From Marsupella aquatica (Eukaryota; Plantae; Marchantiophyta), in contig OZ316894.1 in the NCBI GenBank assembly GCA_973895155.1, forward strand, positions 3,930,944 through 3,994,943: a stretch of 64,000 bases of DNA, read 5' to 3'. The notes beneath the pieces are model-generated. The model saw nothing but the letters and a program-made list of their open reading frames with translations. It had not been told where the DNA came from and searched no databases. How positions within the stretch are numbered: the first letter of the stretch is position 1; each line of letters starts with the position of its first letter. This document shows positions 49,561 to 63,726 of this stretch, piece after piece. Made by a program: the position numbers and the translations under genes.

Positions 49561-50604
49561 AGCATAAAATATCTACAGCAGCGAAATACGATGCAGATGG
49601 CACCAAAGGATATTCAGAAACAGGGAATCACGATGCAGATCGCGTTCAGGTCGAGGAAAGGAGGCGTTCACTCCATGTAAATTCCCTCGATCTTCCTTGG
49701 GTCTACCGCCGCTCAGCCAAGTCTCAGCTTCCAGACCTTTACGACATCTTCTTCAGCCCTAGCAGCAGCACTGTGACTGGCAACCGAGGCAAGGCAATTG
49801 CTCTGAAAGGAATGCTCTGACTAGAACTAAGCGATCATTGAAGCCATGGATCGAGCTGCAGGGAAGTAGGTTGTTGGCCGACGAGTTTTTCGTCCACTGG
49901 ACTGAGCATCTTTGCTGTAAAAGAAGTCATCAGTTCAGCAGCAGCTACGGATCGGAGGACTTCTGCGTTGGTTGAATCTTGCCTCGTCTCTCCTTCAGTG
50001 CTGAAGAGCCAGGTGATACTGCGACGGAGCAGGCTTTGCCGTATACGAAGGAGTCGGTGAATTGAAATGTTTGCGAGGAATTGACAAAGAGGTTGGTGCG
50101 AGATGATCTTTTCAAATGACTCGGTCCGGGTGATCACAAGAAACAGAACGAAAGGACTGAGGCCAGGAGACACAATTTGGTGCTACAGCTGTTGAACATA
50201 GCAGGAATCTGGATTTCTCGAAGGATCGTAAGTGGCCGGCAACTGAGGACGGAAAGCCCGGACGTGCTGTGGTGGGAGCGAGGGCGGGAGCCGAGCTTTC
50301 CTTCCAAGATGCGGAATGGCTTTTTGGATAACAAAATTGAATCAAAGATCGGCTTTTCTTTAGTTCCTCGAATCCAGACATGGTAAGTCCCTGACATCGG
50401 CATGCAAAAGTTTCACAGAAGCTGATAGCCTCGCCAATTTGTTGGCGATGTGGATTTGGGGTAGAAGTGCGACAAATTTTCTTACCCTGATGCACAGATG
50501 TTGATAGATACCTCTGTAGTACTACTGTTAATACTCGAAGTTAATCTCCGAGTGTGAACAACGGTTTTAACACAACTTGTTTTGGCAGAGAACAAGGTAA
50601 ACAA

Positions 50605-53600
50605 ATGCCGATAGGTCAGATTTCACGTAGCAGCACTTCTACAGCGAGACTCTCTTCAAGCAGCTTTGACACGGACCCAGTAAAGTCAGAGCCTCGGATT
50701 ATAGACATGCCGACCAGTGAAATAACTCCTGGCGGCACTTCTACAACAAGTCTGCAAGATGCGCTCACCAGTGAAATAACTCCTTGCGGCACTTCAACAA
50801 CAAGTCTGCAAGATGCGCTCACCAGTGAAATAACTCCTCGCGGCACTTCTACAACAAGTCTGCAAGATGCGCTCAGCCCAGCCCAGAGCCTCGGTACTTC
50901 TACGATCATTGCCATTGCTGTGAAGGCACACGAGAAACTGCGACTGGAGCCGTTTGCTTATGCATTCCACCAATTGCTTCAACACCGGAACTGCAAAGTG
51001 GTGGTCATCTGCTGTCTGTCTCGGGTGCAGAGCGAAAGTAAGTGTCGATCGGCTTGGGAAGGCAGCTCGTTCACTAACGAAATAGACTTTCGTGGACCAC
51101 TGGAGCGGCACTGAACTGAGATTTTCTGGATTCGATCGTTCTGAGTGTGAACATGTCCAATTCTTTCCAAGCTTCTACTTCTCCCTGCTTTCTCTTGCTA
51201 CGTAACGCATCAGGAAAGGTTTAAAAGAAAGAAAGGTTGAAAAGGGCTGCCATTCTCGTTGCAACCTGCTAGGTCCCATCTCAGTTTTGGCTTGCACAAT
51301 AATCTGAAGTCCGATGTGGTGCTCTGTAACGTCATTGCAGTAGGACATAATCTCATGATTGACGACTCATTCGGTGGCATTTCAAGCAAAAAGCTGACGG
51401 CCGCCGTTAACGAGCAGGAGAATAACTTGAACCATTATCTGAAGGCGTTTCGGGAGGAGTTGGACAAGAAAGGGGTACTTCTTCGATTCCTTGACTCCTT
51501 CCAAGGCCAATGGCTATGAATCAAAGTTACGGATGTGTATCAAAGAATCCCACTAGAGTTTTGTTCTTTGCTCACTGGTAGGCTTGACCTGTGTTGTATT
51601 CACAGGTTGCTCTAGAAGTCGAAATTTCCGTAGGCCGCAAAAGTGAGGACGCTCTGGTGCAAGCGGCCAAAACACTGCACCCGCTTTGGGTGGTGCTGGA
51701 CATGTATGGATCCAATGCCAACCCGCACCACCATCATTTATTAGCAGTTTCAAAGTTTTGTTTCAGATTACAGTGTGCGAGGCTCAGGGCTAACTTGTAT
51801 CTGTTCACTGTCAGACAGTCATTCACGTCCATATCCCAGCTTTTTCATTCGAGTGTCCTTTCGTCAGTAATAGACCGTAATTGTTGTGCTTGGGTGTATT
51901 TAATTTCGTGGGCAGCTCTTGGGCAACTTTCTCTGGGAGTCAACACAAAACTATCCGGGCAGCGCTTCCAGAATGCAACTTGGTGGTGATGAAAACTTCG
52001 AAGCCTCCGATTGTCCATCGATCGAGGGAGCCCTGTCCCCCCCTTCAAGAAAGCCATCATCAGGTGACGTCTGAAGAGCCTGTCTCGGACACCTCCAGCC
52101 CTAGTTCACGGAATTCTAGCTCGAGTCTGATTACTGCCATCATAATGTCGGAAGTGATTCCTAGCTCGAATCCTGAAATTACATCAACCATAACCACGGA
52201 AGCTCCTAGCTCGACTCAGAGTACTCAAACTGTAACTGGGGAAACTTCTAGCTCGAACGGAACTACTCCAACTATAACCCCGGAAACGTCTAGCTCGAAT
52301 TGGACTACTCCAGCCATAGTCCCTCAGGAAACTTCTAGCTTGAATGGAGCTCCGGAATTTTCTAGTTCGAATTGGACTATTCCAACAGCAACTTCAGAAA
52401 TTTCTAGCTCTAGTGGGACTACTCCAAGCATAACTGCTGAAAGTTCTAGCGCGAATGGAACTCCTGCAACCACAACCACAACCACGGAAACGTTTAGCTC
52501 GACTGGGATTGTTCCATCCACGACCGCGGAAACGTCTAGCTCGGACATGTCCGTGAGGGGTTACGACACAACAAGCGCAACAACTTCCAACACCAATTCA
52601 AAGGTCTGTACGCTGTAGATGCCCACGATGGATTCAAAATCAAAGCAGGGGATGAGGGGCTCACGGTGGAAACAACACCTCGCTCCCGGACTCAATTTCG
52701 TGATTTCTCTTTGTCACGCTAGAACTGCAATGGGCTTTGTTTCCCAGATGTTATGAAGTTTAGCTCATCTCTCTCGGATTCTTAATCTTAATTTTGCAGA
52801 GTGAGAGTGGAACTTCAGCACAGGCTACAACGATTCCGTCTCCACCACCAAGTCAGGTTGCCAAACCAGGACGTCTCAGAGATATCTTTACCAGATTCAC
52901 TTCTCCAGCTCCACTGTTTCCGAACCTCACGATCCCACTGTATGATACACCGAATTCAGGTTCTGGGACATCGTCACCTCAGGGTCAAGCTTATCGAAGA
53001 AGTCCGTCGAATCCAGGTTCTTGGAGATCATCACCTCAGAGCCAAGCAAATCAAAGAAGTCCATTGACGCCAATTACTCCATCACCTTCAGGTTCTGTGA
53101 CATCTACGGACGGGTCATATCGAAACAGGACACAGAAGACACAGGTCATGAAAATTAGTAAGATATTGTCAGATTCTGGAAGACATACAGTCCAAGCAAA
53201 TCGAAATGCTTCACTTCGAAGTGAAGACGCTTCCTATGAGAAGGATCTAGCTGTGGCTATGCAGAAGTCAATTCAATCTGCTATACAGGAGGGCATTCCA
53301 CTGTCTCGAAGCTCTCGGGAAGAAGGGGGCCCTACCAGGGAAGCGTATAACAGAACCGACCCAGATCATGTAGGCGAGTTAGGGTATTTGGCCGACCAAC
53401 GTAACTACATTGGTTTGAGATCAGGGCTTGGAACTTCTACCGCAGATATCCTCCATCAGTATGGAAGCCCTCAACCTACACCTTACTCATCTCCAATACT
53501 TGCCGACAATCCGAGCCAGTCCTTCGCTCCGTCTGCTCCACCTCTTCCCATCGATGGTGCAATTCGATATCCCTCTGTGGATATGCCATCAGTTGAGATA

Positions 53601-53813
53601 GATATTGGATATCCTAGACTTCCAGCTGACCAGAAGCAGAAAGCTGAAGAAAAATCAAGCCGCTGTGTTATTTGCTTGGACGCACAACCAGATGCGGCTT
53701 GTATACCATGTGGCCACGTAGTAGGTTGCAAGAATTGCTTGACGGAAGCGAAGAGATGGGGCTGCCCCGTGTGCAGGGCAAAAATTGAGCAAATCGTGAA
53801 ACTATATCTATGA
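50605..53813 (+). CDS. USP-like (adenine nucleotide alpha-hydrolase-like) domain + Ser/Thr-rich linker + XBAT34/35-type C3HC4 RING protein; 5 predicted exons (about 50605-51037, 51341-51474, 51606-51703, 51916-52602, 52800-53813)
   Basis: IIAIAVKAH...VVVICCL, VALEVEISVG...LWVVLD and CNLVVMK form the USP-like part. LAVAMQKSIQSA, PSAPPL...IRYPSVD and CVICLDA...CIPCGHVVGCKNCL...WGCPVCRAKIEQIVKLY match the XBAT35-type C-terminus as I recall it. Introns are GT-AG. Confidence 0.8.
50713..50876 (+). repeat. 54-bp coding tandem repeat, 3 copies (TSEITPxGTSTTSLQDAL)
   Basis: Near-identical units are visible in both DNA and protein. Confidence 0.9.
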
Positions 53814-55924
53814 AGTGTATAACAATTATTGTAGTAGCAATTGAACACCATGGAGCAGGATTTTGCTAAAAGGACGAGGCCAAGCTGGTACCCGCTTCCT
53901 TGACGCATATTCTGTCATCAGACTGAGCGAGAGTTTCACGTCCTGCATCTGCACGTACTACATCTAATCTCAATTCTGTGTATAGGGGTTACAATCAGTA
54001 TTTTGTATCAAGAACGGATTCTCAAACTTACTTTCCTGAGATAAAATCTCTCATCTGTGCTCGGTTTGGCATTAGAGCTCATCTTTGCGATCTTCAATAG
54101 AGTGTTTTTAGGCACCGATTGTGTCAAGAAAAGAAAATAGGCAGTCTCCGATATCAAAAAGTGCCTTTCTTGGACAATTTCAAGACGCAATTAGGTAAAG
54201 AATATTACAGTAGAATGTTGGACAATTTCAAGAAGCAAGCAGCTACAGAACATTGCTATACAACATAATGGAAAAGTTCATCCAGCAGTTAACAGTAGAC
54301 ATCGATGCTCCGACTTAACGTTATAACTACGCAAACTTCCTGCTACCCAACACGGTCCTAAACAAGACTGAAAATTCGAGGTTGTGCAGAAAAAGGAGGT
54401 TACCAAAGGTGGGAGTTGGGAACATTTCCGTTGATACCCAAGGATTTCAATATCACTAATCCATAGTAACCCCGGAAACTCAAATGACTTAGTTTTCCTC
54501 TGAGAGTCTGTTTAGCACTATAGAGAGAGAACGTGCTAGCATTACTGTGCTCGAGGAGACATAATAGAAGAAATTGCCAGAGTACCACAACAACGCTTTG
54601 GTACTGCACACCCTATTTAATATGTGACAACTGAGATCAAAGTCATGTTACATTGAACATGACTAGGGAGTATGATGCAACCCTGAGTCGACAGCACAGT
54701 CAATCGGACTGGCACGGCTCGGTGGACTAAAGATTCTGAACTATACAACGGCCGGTAACTTGGCATAGACTGTCTGTACACAACACTTTGGACAATGAAT
54801 TGGAATTGCTAGATTTGGTCTAAGAATATCTTCCACTTCCGTCAGACACAAGGTTATGCACTAAAGACCTAATGGATGCACAGGCAGCCAACCGACCTAA
54901 CAATCTGATCTGAATTCTGGGGGTATGAGGCAACTGTACATGAAAGCTAAAAAGATGACCAGAACCAGTTCTCGATCACACGCCAGTAAATATTTTATCG
55001 TTGAGAGCATGCAAACGAAATTTGCAGCACTCAATTTTGTTACTTAAGTAAAATCATTTCACCGTGACAAGGGCCATCACAAAATGTCTCATATGATATA
55101 CATCCTTCTTACAGATGCGGTTGCTTTCGATATTTTAGCTATGTCAGACTACCAGTTTTCGACGACCAGAACCGGCTTTCCTACGCCAGACTTCCATGGT
55201 GGGAAGACCAGAACTCAAGACCGAGAAGATATGCCCTAGACTGCAAAGGTCTTGCCAGTAACTCCTGTACTCAGGATTTTTCAAGAGGCAGATGAAAACG
55301 ATCAAACGATATTTTCCGGGTGATGCGCCAAGCCACTGGACTCTAAAACTGTCGAAGAATACATCCCGCAAGCAGATTTGACCATGACAATAATGAAACT
55401 ACAACTATCTGCCACCATTCCTCGACATGCAATCACCATCGTAAAGCCTTAAACATTGTTTTGACCTGTAGCTTTTGGTCCTTCATCTATCCAACGTCTC
55501 AGACAGAAGAGGCCCAACATCTACGGATGTCGAATATATCAGCGATTCCCTTCGGTACAGTCTTCGTCCGTGTGTTGCTTGCCACTCTCAAGCAAAACAT
55601 GCAACTCTGCAATGCACCAAGCAACCAGATCAATAAACTTGGATGCAAGAAGATGAGTAAGAGATGTACAAAACAAATCAGGTCATTTCCTATGAAAGAT
55701 ACTTGGACCAGAATCAAAGTAAAGGTTGATACATGACCCTCAGTATTGCACTTCCACGGATTTCAATGATACCTCTTCTCATCAAATGTACATGGACGAC
55801 ACCGCTGGACTAGGCCACAAATAACGTGTTACAATTCTCACAGCAATTCTGTGCTTTACCTGAGATTAGTAAGTCACACTCCACAGTCGCTGTCAGTGTC
55901 TAGAAGGTTCTCGCCTGGCACACC

Positions 55925-57890
55925 CTACAGACCAGGTTCTACTCGGAGAACAAGCCTTTTAATAATTCTTTGAAGGGCAGCCGCACTAGCCGTACAATCT
56001 GAGTCCTGGCCAAAACAAGAGCGCCCTTCTTCGGCTGCTTTACCGAGCTTTGGGTCCATTGGAACTCGACCTAAGAATGGGACTCCCATGTCCTTTGCCA
56101 TCTTCTCTGCGCCTCCTTCCACGTGGAATATCTCCATATGACCAAACAATGGTAACAAGTGCGGTGCATGTTTCTGTAATTCAGCTAAGGCATATTCTGT
56201 GACATCCTTCTCTTCACCTTCCTCGCCAACATCCTTGAAACGAAGACTTGATATCTTTTGCTGTAGCCCACTCATGTTTTCAACGACTCCAAGCACGGGT
56301 ATGCCAACAGTCTTGCAAAAATTGATCTCCTTTCGAACATCAATAAGGGAGACTTCTTGAGGAGTCGTTACAATTACTGCTCCATCAACATTTGCCGCGC
56401 CAAGATACCTGTCAAATTCAATCCAGAAGCACTAGCGCATTAGATGTGGAAAACAAAAACAGCCCCTACACACTTCCCCTTCTGGAAACATAACTGCAAT
56501 CTCTTTATCTTGCCCATTTAGCGACCCGTGAAGTGATTATGCAATTAAGTCAGTCACGTCCACAATTGATTTCTGAAGTCCAAAATATTGGAGATCATAC
56601 GTACTGCATGATAGATATATGTTCGTCAGATGTTCCTGGAGGAGTGTCCACTACTAAATAGTCCAGCTCTCCCCAAAAGACATCTCTTAGAAACTGCTTG
56701 ATTAATCCATTCTTTCGAGGCCCTCTCCATATGACAGGGTTGTCAGAATTGGGTAGCAAGAATCCAATCGACATGACTGCCAAGTTATCCTCCACGTAGA
56801 CGGGCGACCATCCTAAATTGCTTTGATGGATTTCCTGGATCAAGCCGATTAACAACAAAATCAGGGTATGGTATGTCCTACATTCTCCAGGCGACGAAAG
56901 TTGTGGAAAACATACAAAAGGAAACAATATTGTATCTAGTACCTTCTACCGTGAACGCCACACCAGAATGCAAAGGCTTTGTTTGAGACTAACCTGGCCT
57001 TCAAGGCCGACCATCCGGGGAATACTCGGTCCGCAAAGATCAATGTCTAATAACCCTACTTGCTTATCTTGTCCTGGGGCGGCTAAGGCAAAGGCTAGCT
57101 GAGCAGAGAAAGTGCTTTTGCCAACACCGCCCTTGCCAGACAGCACCACTATTTTATGCTTGACAGTGCTCATTCGCTCGCCGATCGCGACCAAATCTGT
57201 GGACCACTCACAACCATGTTAGCTTCTTCAAGGAAACGATGGAGATGGCGGCATCGACTCCAAGTCTTTCATGTTTTGCTCCTTCTCTATATTCACAACA
57301 AAACCTAAAAATCGGCCCAAACGTTTCAATTGAGAACATCAATTCAAAACATTCTGCTCTTTGTCCCAACGTACCGAACACAATCAATTCAAGGTTGCTG
57401 CCACCTTAAGCTTACCAGGATCAGGCCCTTTTGGAGCCGTGGCACATATTTGTTGGTTGGGACAGCCATCGCAAGCTGACGACTTTCCTGCAGCCTCCGC
57501 CTCCGTGCCAGGGCAATCTGTCCATTGGGATTGACAAAGGCCATCATGTCATTATCCGGTCGTGGGAGAAAATGCAAAACTACCACATCAAATTCCTCTC
57601 TTGAGAACAAACGAACTGACATACGAAAGTGGAATACAGCACTGGAGAAAGAAGCCACGAATAAACCCTTCCAGGATAAGTAAATACGAGCACGAGAACA
57701 AAAGACTAAGTAAGACAGGACTTCATGACTGCTAAAACGCAATCACAGATAGAAAACGGCAACAAGACGAGCGATTTTCAAAGCAAAGGGGAAAGGAGGC
57801 AGGCTAACGAAATGACTCACGTTCATTGGCATTGTCTGGCACCTGGCCACGAACTTCTACTTCCTCTTGTGTGGCACTTCCGTTTTGCAT
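55925..57890 (-). CDS. NBP35: Cytosolic Fe-S cluster assembly factor NBP35 (Mrp/MinD P-loop NTPase); exons about 57890-57821, 57517-57416, 57196-56994, 56836-56602 and 56409-55925
   Basis: N-terminal Fe-S motif HCPG...[16 protein letters not shown]. Walker [13 protein letters not shown]. Also [42 protein letters not shown] and GVVENMSG. Confidence 0.96.
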
Positions 57891-60800
57891 CTTGCCTAAA
57901 AGTACCGTAAACCTACGCTTTCTCCGTAGTCAGGTTTGAAAAGCAGCTAGCGAAGTACACCTATGAGGAACTGAGGTACATAAGTCAAGGAACCACGAAC
58001 GGGGATTACTCTGCAGGCGCAAAAAAAAACCTTAGCAACCCTTAAAACAGTTTCTATCCAAATTCAGGTATAATTCGGGAAACACAGCTACAACACTTCC
58101 CGAATACCAAACAGATATTCACGAGTAAAGTGATCAGCTCGTAATGTCTGATTGAATCCTCGCTAACTGCTTCTACTCATACACTGGTGCGCTCTCTCCA
58201 ACACCTGAAACTCCAAATCCTTCCAAAATTCAGACGATCATAAGGAATCAGCATGTAATATGAAATTCACCGGGGTCTAACCTAATTCGACCCAGTCCAA
58301 ATGGAATCGTCGCTAACTCCTTGCCCTCACACCAAATTCGTCCCAACAAGACACTAAACCCTAAACCAGAAAGAAAAAGGCCGTAACCTCAGCCAACACT
58401 AACACCACCATCGATTGGATTGCAGTAGCGAGTCACGCGAGCCGAAGAACGCAAACTATTCGAACACTCGGAAATCAAGTAAACCAAACTAAATCAAAAG
58501 AATCACCAAAAGAGAAAGGAACTCTCTCTCACCTTCAATCGATCCTTCCAAAACAGAGTCGATGGCGATCACACTGAGCTTAACTTCGGTTCTCGTGCTC
58601 CTCGAGCTAGTCAAGTCGAATTGATGACAGGGTCCGGTGCTCTGTTGAATCTGGTCGAAAGTGTCCACAAATGGAAATAGCGATGGTGGTGAGTCCGGGA
58701 TTTGAAGTCCACACGAGAGACAGAGTGCAGAGTGCAGAGAATGAGAGAGCGAAAGACCTGACGAACGTTCCTCCTGTGTTTTGTTTAGGGAAGGTTCCAT
58801 GGGTAGGGGGGTGAAAGGTCGCCCCCAATTCATGGCCGCACCGCCAAGTCACTTTTAGCTCGCAAACAATAAGCAAGTTATTGTTAAGAGAATAAAATAC
58901 ACTAACGTAGCCACAAAAAATATTGACTAATGTAGGTAGTCGAAACGTGGCTAGTAAAATCAGTTTTGGGGACTCCTCTTGTTTTACCATCTTGGAGAGC
59001 CATATGCGGGAAAGTCTTGCATGTCCTGTTCGGAGGGGGTCCCACCTAAGCATAACAAATATTTTCTTACCTTACGCAACCTTCCCTTCCCTTGGTCTTT
59101 GCACTACGACGTGCTTCAGAAAGGCAAATGTAAAGGTTTGCAAAGCACATGGTACAGAACTTTGTTTTGGAATACTTTTGGCTAGCAAATTCACTAGCCA
59201 TCTGGAGTCTTTGAAATGCACTTAGAAATCCCACTAATGTGTCTCATGTTTTTTGTTTAGCGGTAGGAGGTCAAAGATTGTCCCAATTCATGGCCGCACT
59301 ACCAAGTCACTTTTTGCTCGCAAACAGTAAAATAAATCTACTGTTACGAGAAAAAAGACCACTTCACTAGCAAAGTTAGTCCCTAGCTAGTCAAAACCTG
59401 GTTAGTAAAATCCATTTTTTGGACTTTTCTTTTGGCTAGGGCACTTGCTAGTCATGTGGAGTCTAAGAAATCCACTCAAAATATGAAAGTCAGCAAAAAT
59501 CAAAAGAAAATAATTGAAAACCACTAACAACGTGCTAACCAACATCGTCCTTGCTATCAACAATTCATGTTTTCTTGCATCATACAATATCAAGTTTTGT
59601 CTTGGCTGAACGGCTGAACATACTTTTGCCATCCTTTCTACTTTAATTATTATATTCAGAAGAATCAGGGTGATTGGAGGATTGCTGATACTATAAAATA
59701 CTGGGTAAACCTGGTAACGGTTAGTCACATTTGAGTCAAAAGTCAAAGATCCAAGTCAATTTTGATGTTCTCTTGAAGTATATCTGAGCTTTGCCAGTCT
59801 GTCCAAGTTTTAGAGACAAGTCCTCAGTCCATCCTAGCCTAAGTTTGCAGAATATTGATGAATATTATTCTCCTTCTTATTTAAAATAAATTTTACAATT
59901 ATTTTTCATTTGAGGAACTAAAGCAAGGCCAGAATGTCATTCAAATTTGAACCCCCCATGAATCACAAGGTCACTCTTTGGTTCCCCCATGGACCAGATT
60001 TTCCAAACTTTGAGATTAATTGTAATAATTTGATTCATAAACCCTTAGTTGTAAGTTTTGGGGATATACTAGAGGAGTATGTAGGTTACACTTTTATCAA
60101 AAGTGACAATGCATTTTGTCTATTTTGGTTGAGTTTTTTCATCATAAAATGTAGAAGAGTAATTTTATAGTTTTCATTGTGCTAATATTATTGAACATAG
60201 ACGACATTGTCATTGTGCTAATATTGTTGAGCATAGATGATATTCAGATAAACACATGACACATCCAACAAACAAATGATTAACACAAAAATACGTAACT
60301 CACCTATTTACGTCTATGTTCAAAAGAACACATAAGAAAACTTTATTGAACTCAAAGAACAACTTTATTGAACTCAAAGAAGAAACACAAATCCCACTCA
60401 AAGGAACCACACTCCCAAATGCACATTGTAACCCAGTCTCTAGCTTTGTAACAGTCCAAGAGCACCATGTGACCCATCTCAATCCTTGTGACAGTCCAAG
60501 GGCACCATGCTACCCGATCTCTTGCTTTGTGACATCTCTTGCTTTGTGACAGGTTCAGCAACTTGGTGTAAATCACCTAAGAGTCTCAAGCTATGGCCCA
60601 AAAATGTGTATAAATGCTACCCTTGGTCTATGTGGAACTCTTGGGTCCAACATAATACTCTACCTGTGCAGCCACTTCACGGGCTTTTCAAACTGGCCTC
60701 GGATAAAACGATAAGACAAGCAATCTGGATTATCCTTGCATTGATTTCCTACGCACAAAGAAGACTAAACAAATTGGCCATATCCATCATCAGATGGTTT

Positions 60801-61715
60801 GCTTTTCGAGGAAGCTTTATGGTTTGGCCAGTTCCACACCCTAGGGGACTGAAGACTAAACAAGTTGGCCATATCTATCATCTGATGGTTTGATTTTCAA
60901 GGAAGTTATATGGTTTGGCCACTTCCACACCCTAGTGGACGGAAAGAATACCCAGCTGTGAAGCCATTATCTACGTAAAATCTAAGCTCTTGTCATTGTC
61001 CTAAACTAACGCCACCTTGCCATCTTTCTGGACCCAGTGTTTGTCTTATCGTTCAGTAACAATGGGTTCAAGACAAAACAAGCCGGTTGGGGATCCAAGC
61101 CATGCCGGATGCACTGAATACGGTCACCAATTCATCCACCAAACACTGCAATCAAGAACTTAATTCACAGGATGACAGCATTCAAGATTACCTTCCAGTA
61201 ATTGCCCATGTAGTCTGAGCAATTGTGGCACTAAAGTACGATCTAATCGAAAGACGGGCACTGGCCAGGCTTATCCAAGCTCATGAAGCAAACCGATACC
61301 CAAAATTACACAGTAAGAACTCGGACCTGGCATCCATAATATTACATCTGGTTGGTGAGTCACAGAAGAATCCTGTAAATATCCTGGACTGACTGATATT
61401 TAACTCGTCACAAATTATCACTGAACGGTGTCGTCTACACATTGCCTACTAGTTTACAGTGTCTGCAGTTGTTGCTCTAGCGAACCACTTCCTTTCGACT
61501 TAACATAATGTTAACTACATCGTAGGGCATATTCTCATGTAGACATCATCGAAGGTGCACGGCTCAAAAACTGAGGGCCTAAATACTGACTCAATCTCAG
61601 CTGAGCTACAGGTGATCGCCTCATCGTCATGTTGGTGTTGTTCTAGTCACCCTTCATCAGAGTTGTGGCCAGCAACTTCTGCCACCAGTCCTTTCCTGAC
61701 TCTAGACATCTCCCA

Positions 61716-63726
61716 TTACAAGAAGACGTCGCAGCGGGTTTGCTGGATAAATTGCAAATACCATTTCCAGAAGCCTCGCAGTGAGTAATCAGAAGAGTTG
61801 GTGTGGGCGGCTAGACTAGGCTTGTCCAGTAACAGAGGCCTGATCCCAAGGGAAGAGTTGAATGAACCGCTGCACCCAATACATTGAAGACGGGGACCCT
61901 AACGGTACAATGTATAATGACCCCACAACAATTATGAACAGAAAAGTGGTGGTCACATATCTATGAAGAGAATACCAATCCAATTTCTATGATTGCTCTA
62001 TAGGATGCTAGAAGAGAATAGTTTCTAAACCTAGAATTTGTACGAGACACGCAGAATGTCACCGACATTTCTGCGCTTCATTAACACTACATTGCAGAGC
62101 AGATTATGCTCGTAGAAACCCTTGCCACCCCGAAGGTGCCTGTCCAGAGGTCAACAACGACAACAATTTTCTTCAGTAAGCTGATAAAAGAGAGACAACC
62201 CAAGGGACCACCTTCCCCATATATTAAGACTTCTGATTTCATCGATATCAATTTCGCAATTAAAGTTCCGCAAATGACCAAAGGTGATGATTTCAGAAAG
62301 GGCCCTCTTTCAACGCTCCACTTCAGCAAGTATGGTGGACGAATCGACTCAGACCATCACTGACAGAAGAAGCTTACTTGTCAAGTATTACCCAGGTTGC
62401 CTCCATATCCTCTGCTTGTTGAACAACCATATACTTCGTACGTCCGGCTACTATTTTCACATCAAGATTGACCTGCATTCACAGATGGCAGAGCGAATTC
62501 GTCAAACCATAAGAAACGCACCACAACCGCTTTCGTGGAATGAAACATGATTGACTACGATTATATAGAGGTGGAGAAGGCAAATCTGTAAACAGTTCCG
62601 AGTGTCTGAGCTTGCAGCCAATTTTAGTGGCCTAACAATGACACGGCAGCTTAAGTTGAGTTTCAAAAGTGGGGAAACCCTGGCTACAAAAATCCAGGCA
62701 ACTCCCAAAACGCATGAATAGCAACCCTGTTCGCAATTTACTTCTTAGGATACTCTAGTTCACAATGAATTCGTTGAGGCCCAACAAACGTCCATCTGAA
62801 AGCCGTGAACTTACTCCTTTCTTCTCACAGATTTTGTAAAAATGTTGGAGCATGCTCAAATTCTGGAACACTTCCTTCTTTTTTGATACTTCGTCTTCAA
62901 CGAGTTGATGCTGGTGTAGGTACTCCTCACTACCCCGCCAGCAGGCGGCTGAATAGAAGGAAGAAGAATATAGATGAGAATGACACTACCCACTATTCAA
63001 CAGGTTATTACAGCGTTTAAGAAGAAATCCAATGTTATGTCGTGAGATTCATATCCTGTGAACGAAGTGCTTTAGAATTTCAAAGGTAGAATTAAACCTC
63101 GGAGGTATTGGAAAATATTAAATTCAAGTAATGTGAACGAAGTGCCTTGGAGATCCAGACTACGTGCAGATTGACGCTCTCAACACTACCTCCGAAGTGA
63201 AGTGGGTCCAGGTAGAATGAAACAATGGGAGTCGGAACCCCCGAGAACTAGCTCGGAAAAGCCCCTTTCCCAATGCGTGTATTTGTATACATGTTCTAAA
63301 ACAAAAAAGAATTGTTACTAGCTATCGGAAACAGCGGAACTCTCAATCAAAGACTGCAGCAAATTACAGGGGTAAACCAGAGGCACTCGGTTATCAAGAA
63401 GAAGGTACTCAAGCTTTGCGTTTAGAACACATACAAATTCTTGTCATTAGCGCTTGCAGCAATGCTTTCGTATTTACTCCGCACAGAAAATCGCCATCTG
63501 GAATAACTCCGAGAAGAGTTACAGTATCTCCATCCTGAACGACGTTAATCAAAGCCCACTCTAAAGCGTCCATGGTAAGATCCTTTGTTGCATCAACCGC
63601 CACCATCACTCTCACAGCTTCCCCATTCCCCCTGCGTGGCGACCCCTGTGGAGGCCCCTCCCCTTCCGAAAGCCATCCGTCGTAGGTCTCCAGCTCCGTC
63701 TCGGCATCCAGGAGAGACGCCGTCAT
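61716..63726 (-). CDS. USP-like domain protein of the type found N-terminal in some plant cytoplasmic kinases; no kinase domain seen; 3' end uncertain
   Basis: Exon 1 RVMVAVDATKDLTMDALEWALINVVQDGDTVTLLGV. Exon near 62948-62815 ends ...FYKICEKKG|gtaagt. Exon near 62472-62378 reads VNLDVKIVAG...ATWVILD. Exon near 62139-62043 reads HLRGGKGFYEHNLLCNVVLMKR. Confidence 0.75.

Noticed and set aside
58820-59460. Direct repeat (cccaattcatggccgcac...aagtcactttt.gctcgcaaaca) with a CACTA-like word near 59298
   Set aside because: No matching opposite TIR or 3-bp TSD found; at most a small TE remnant.
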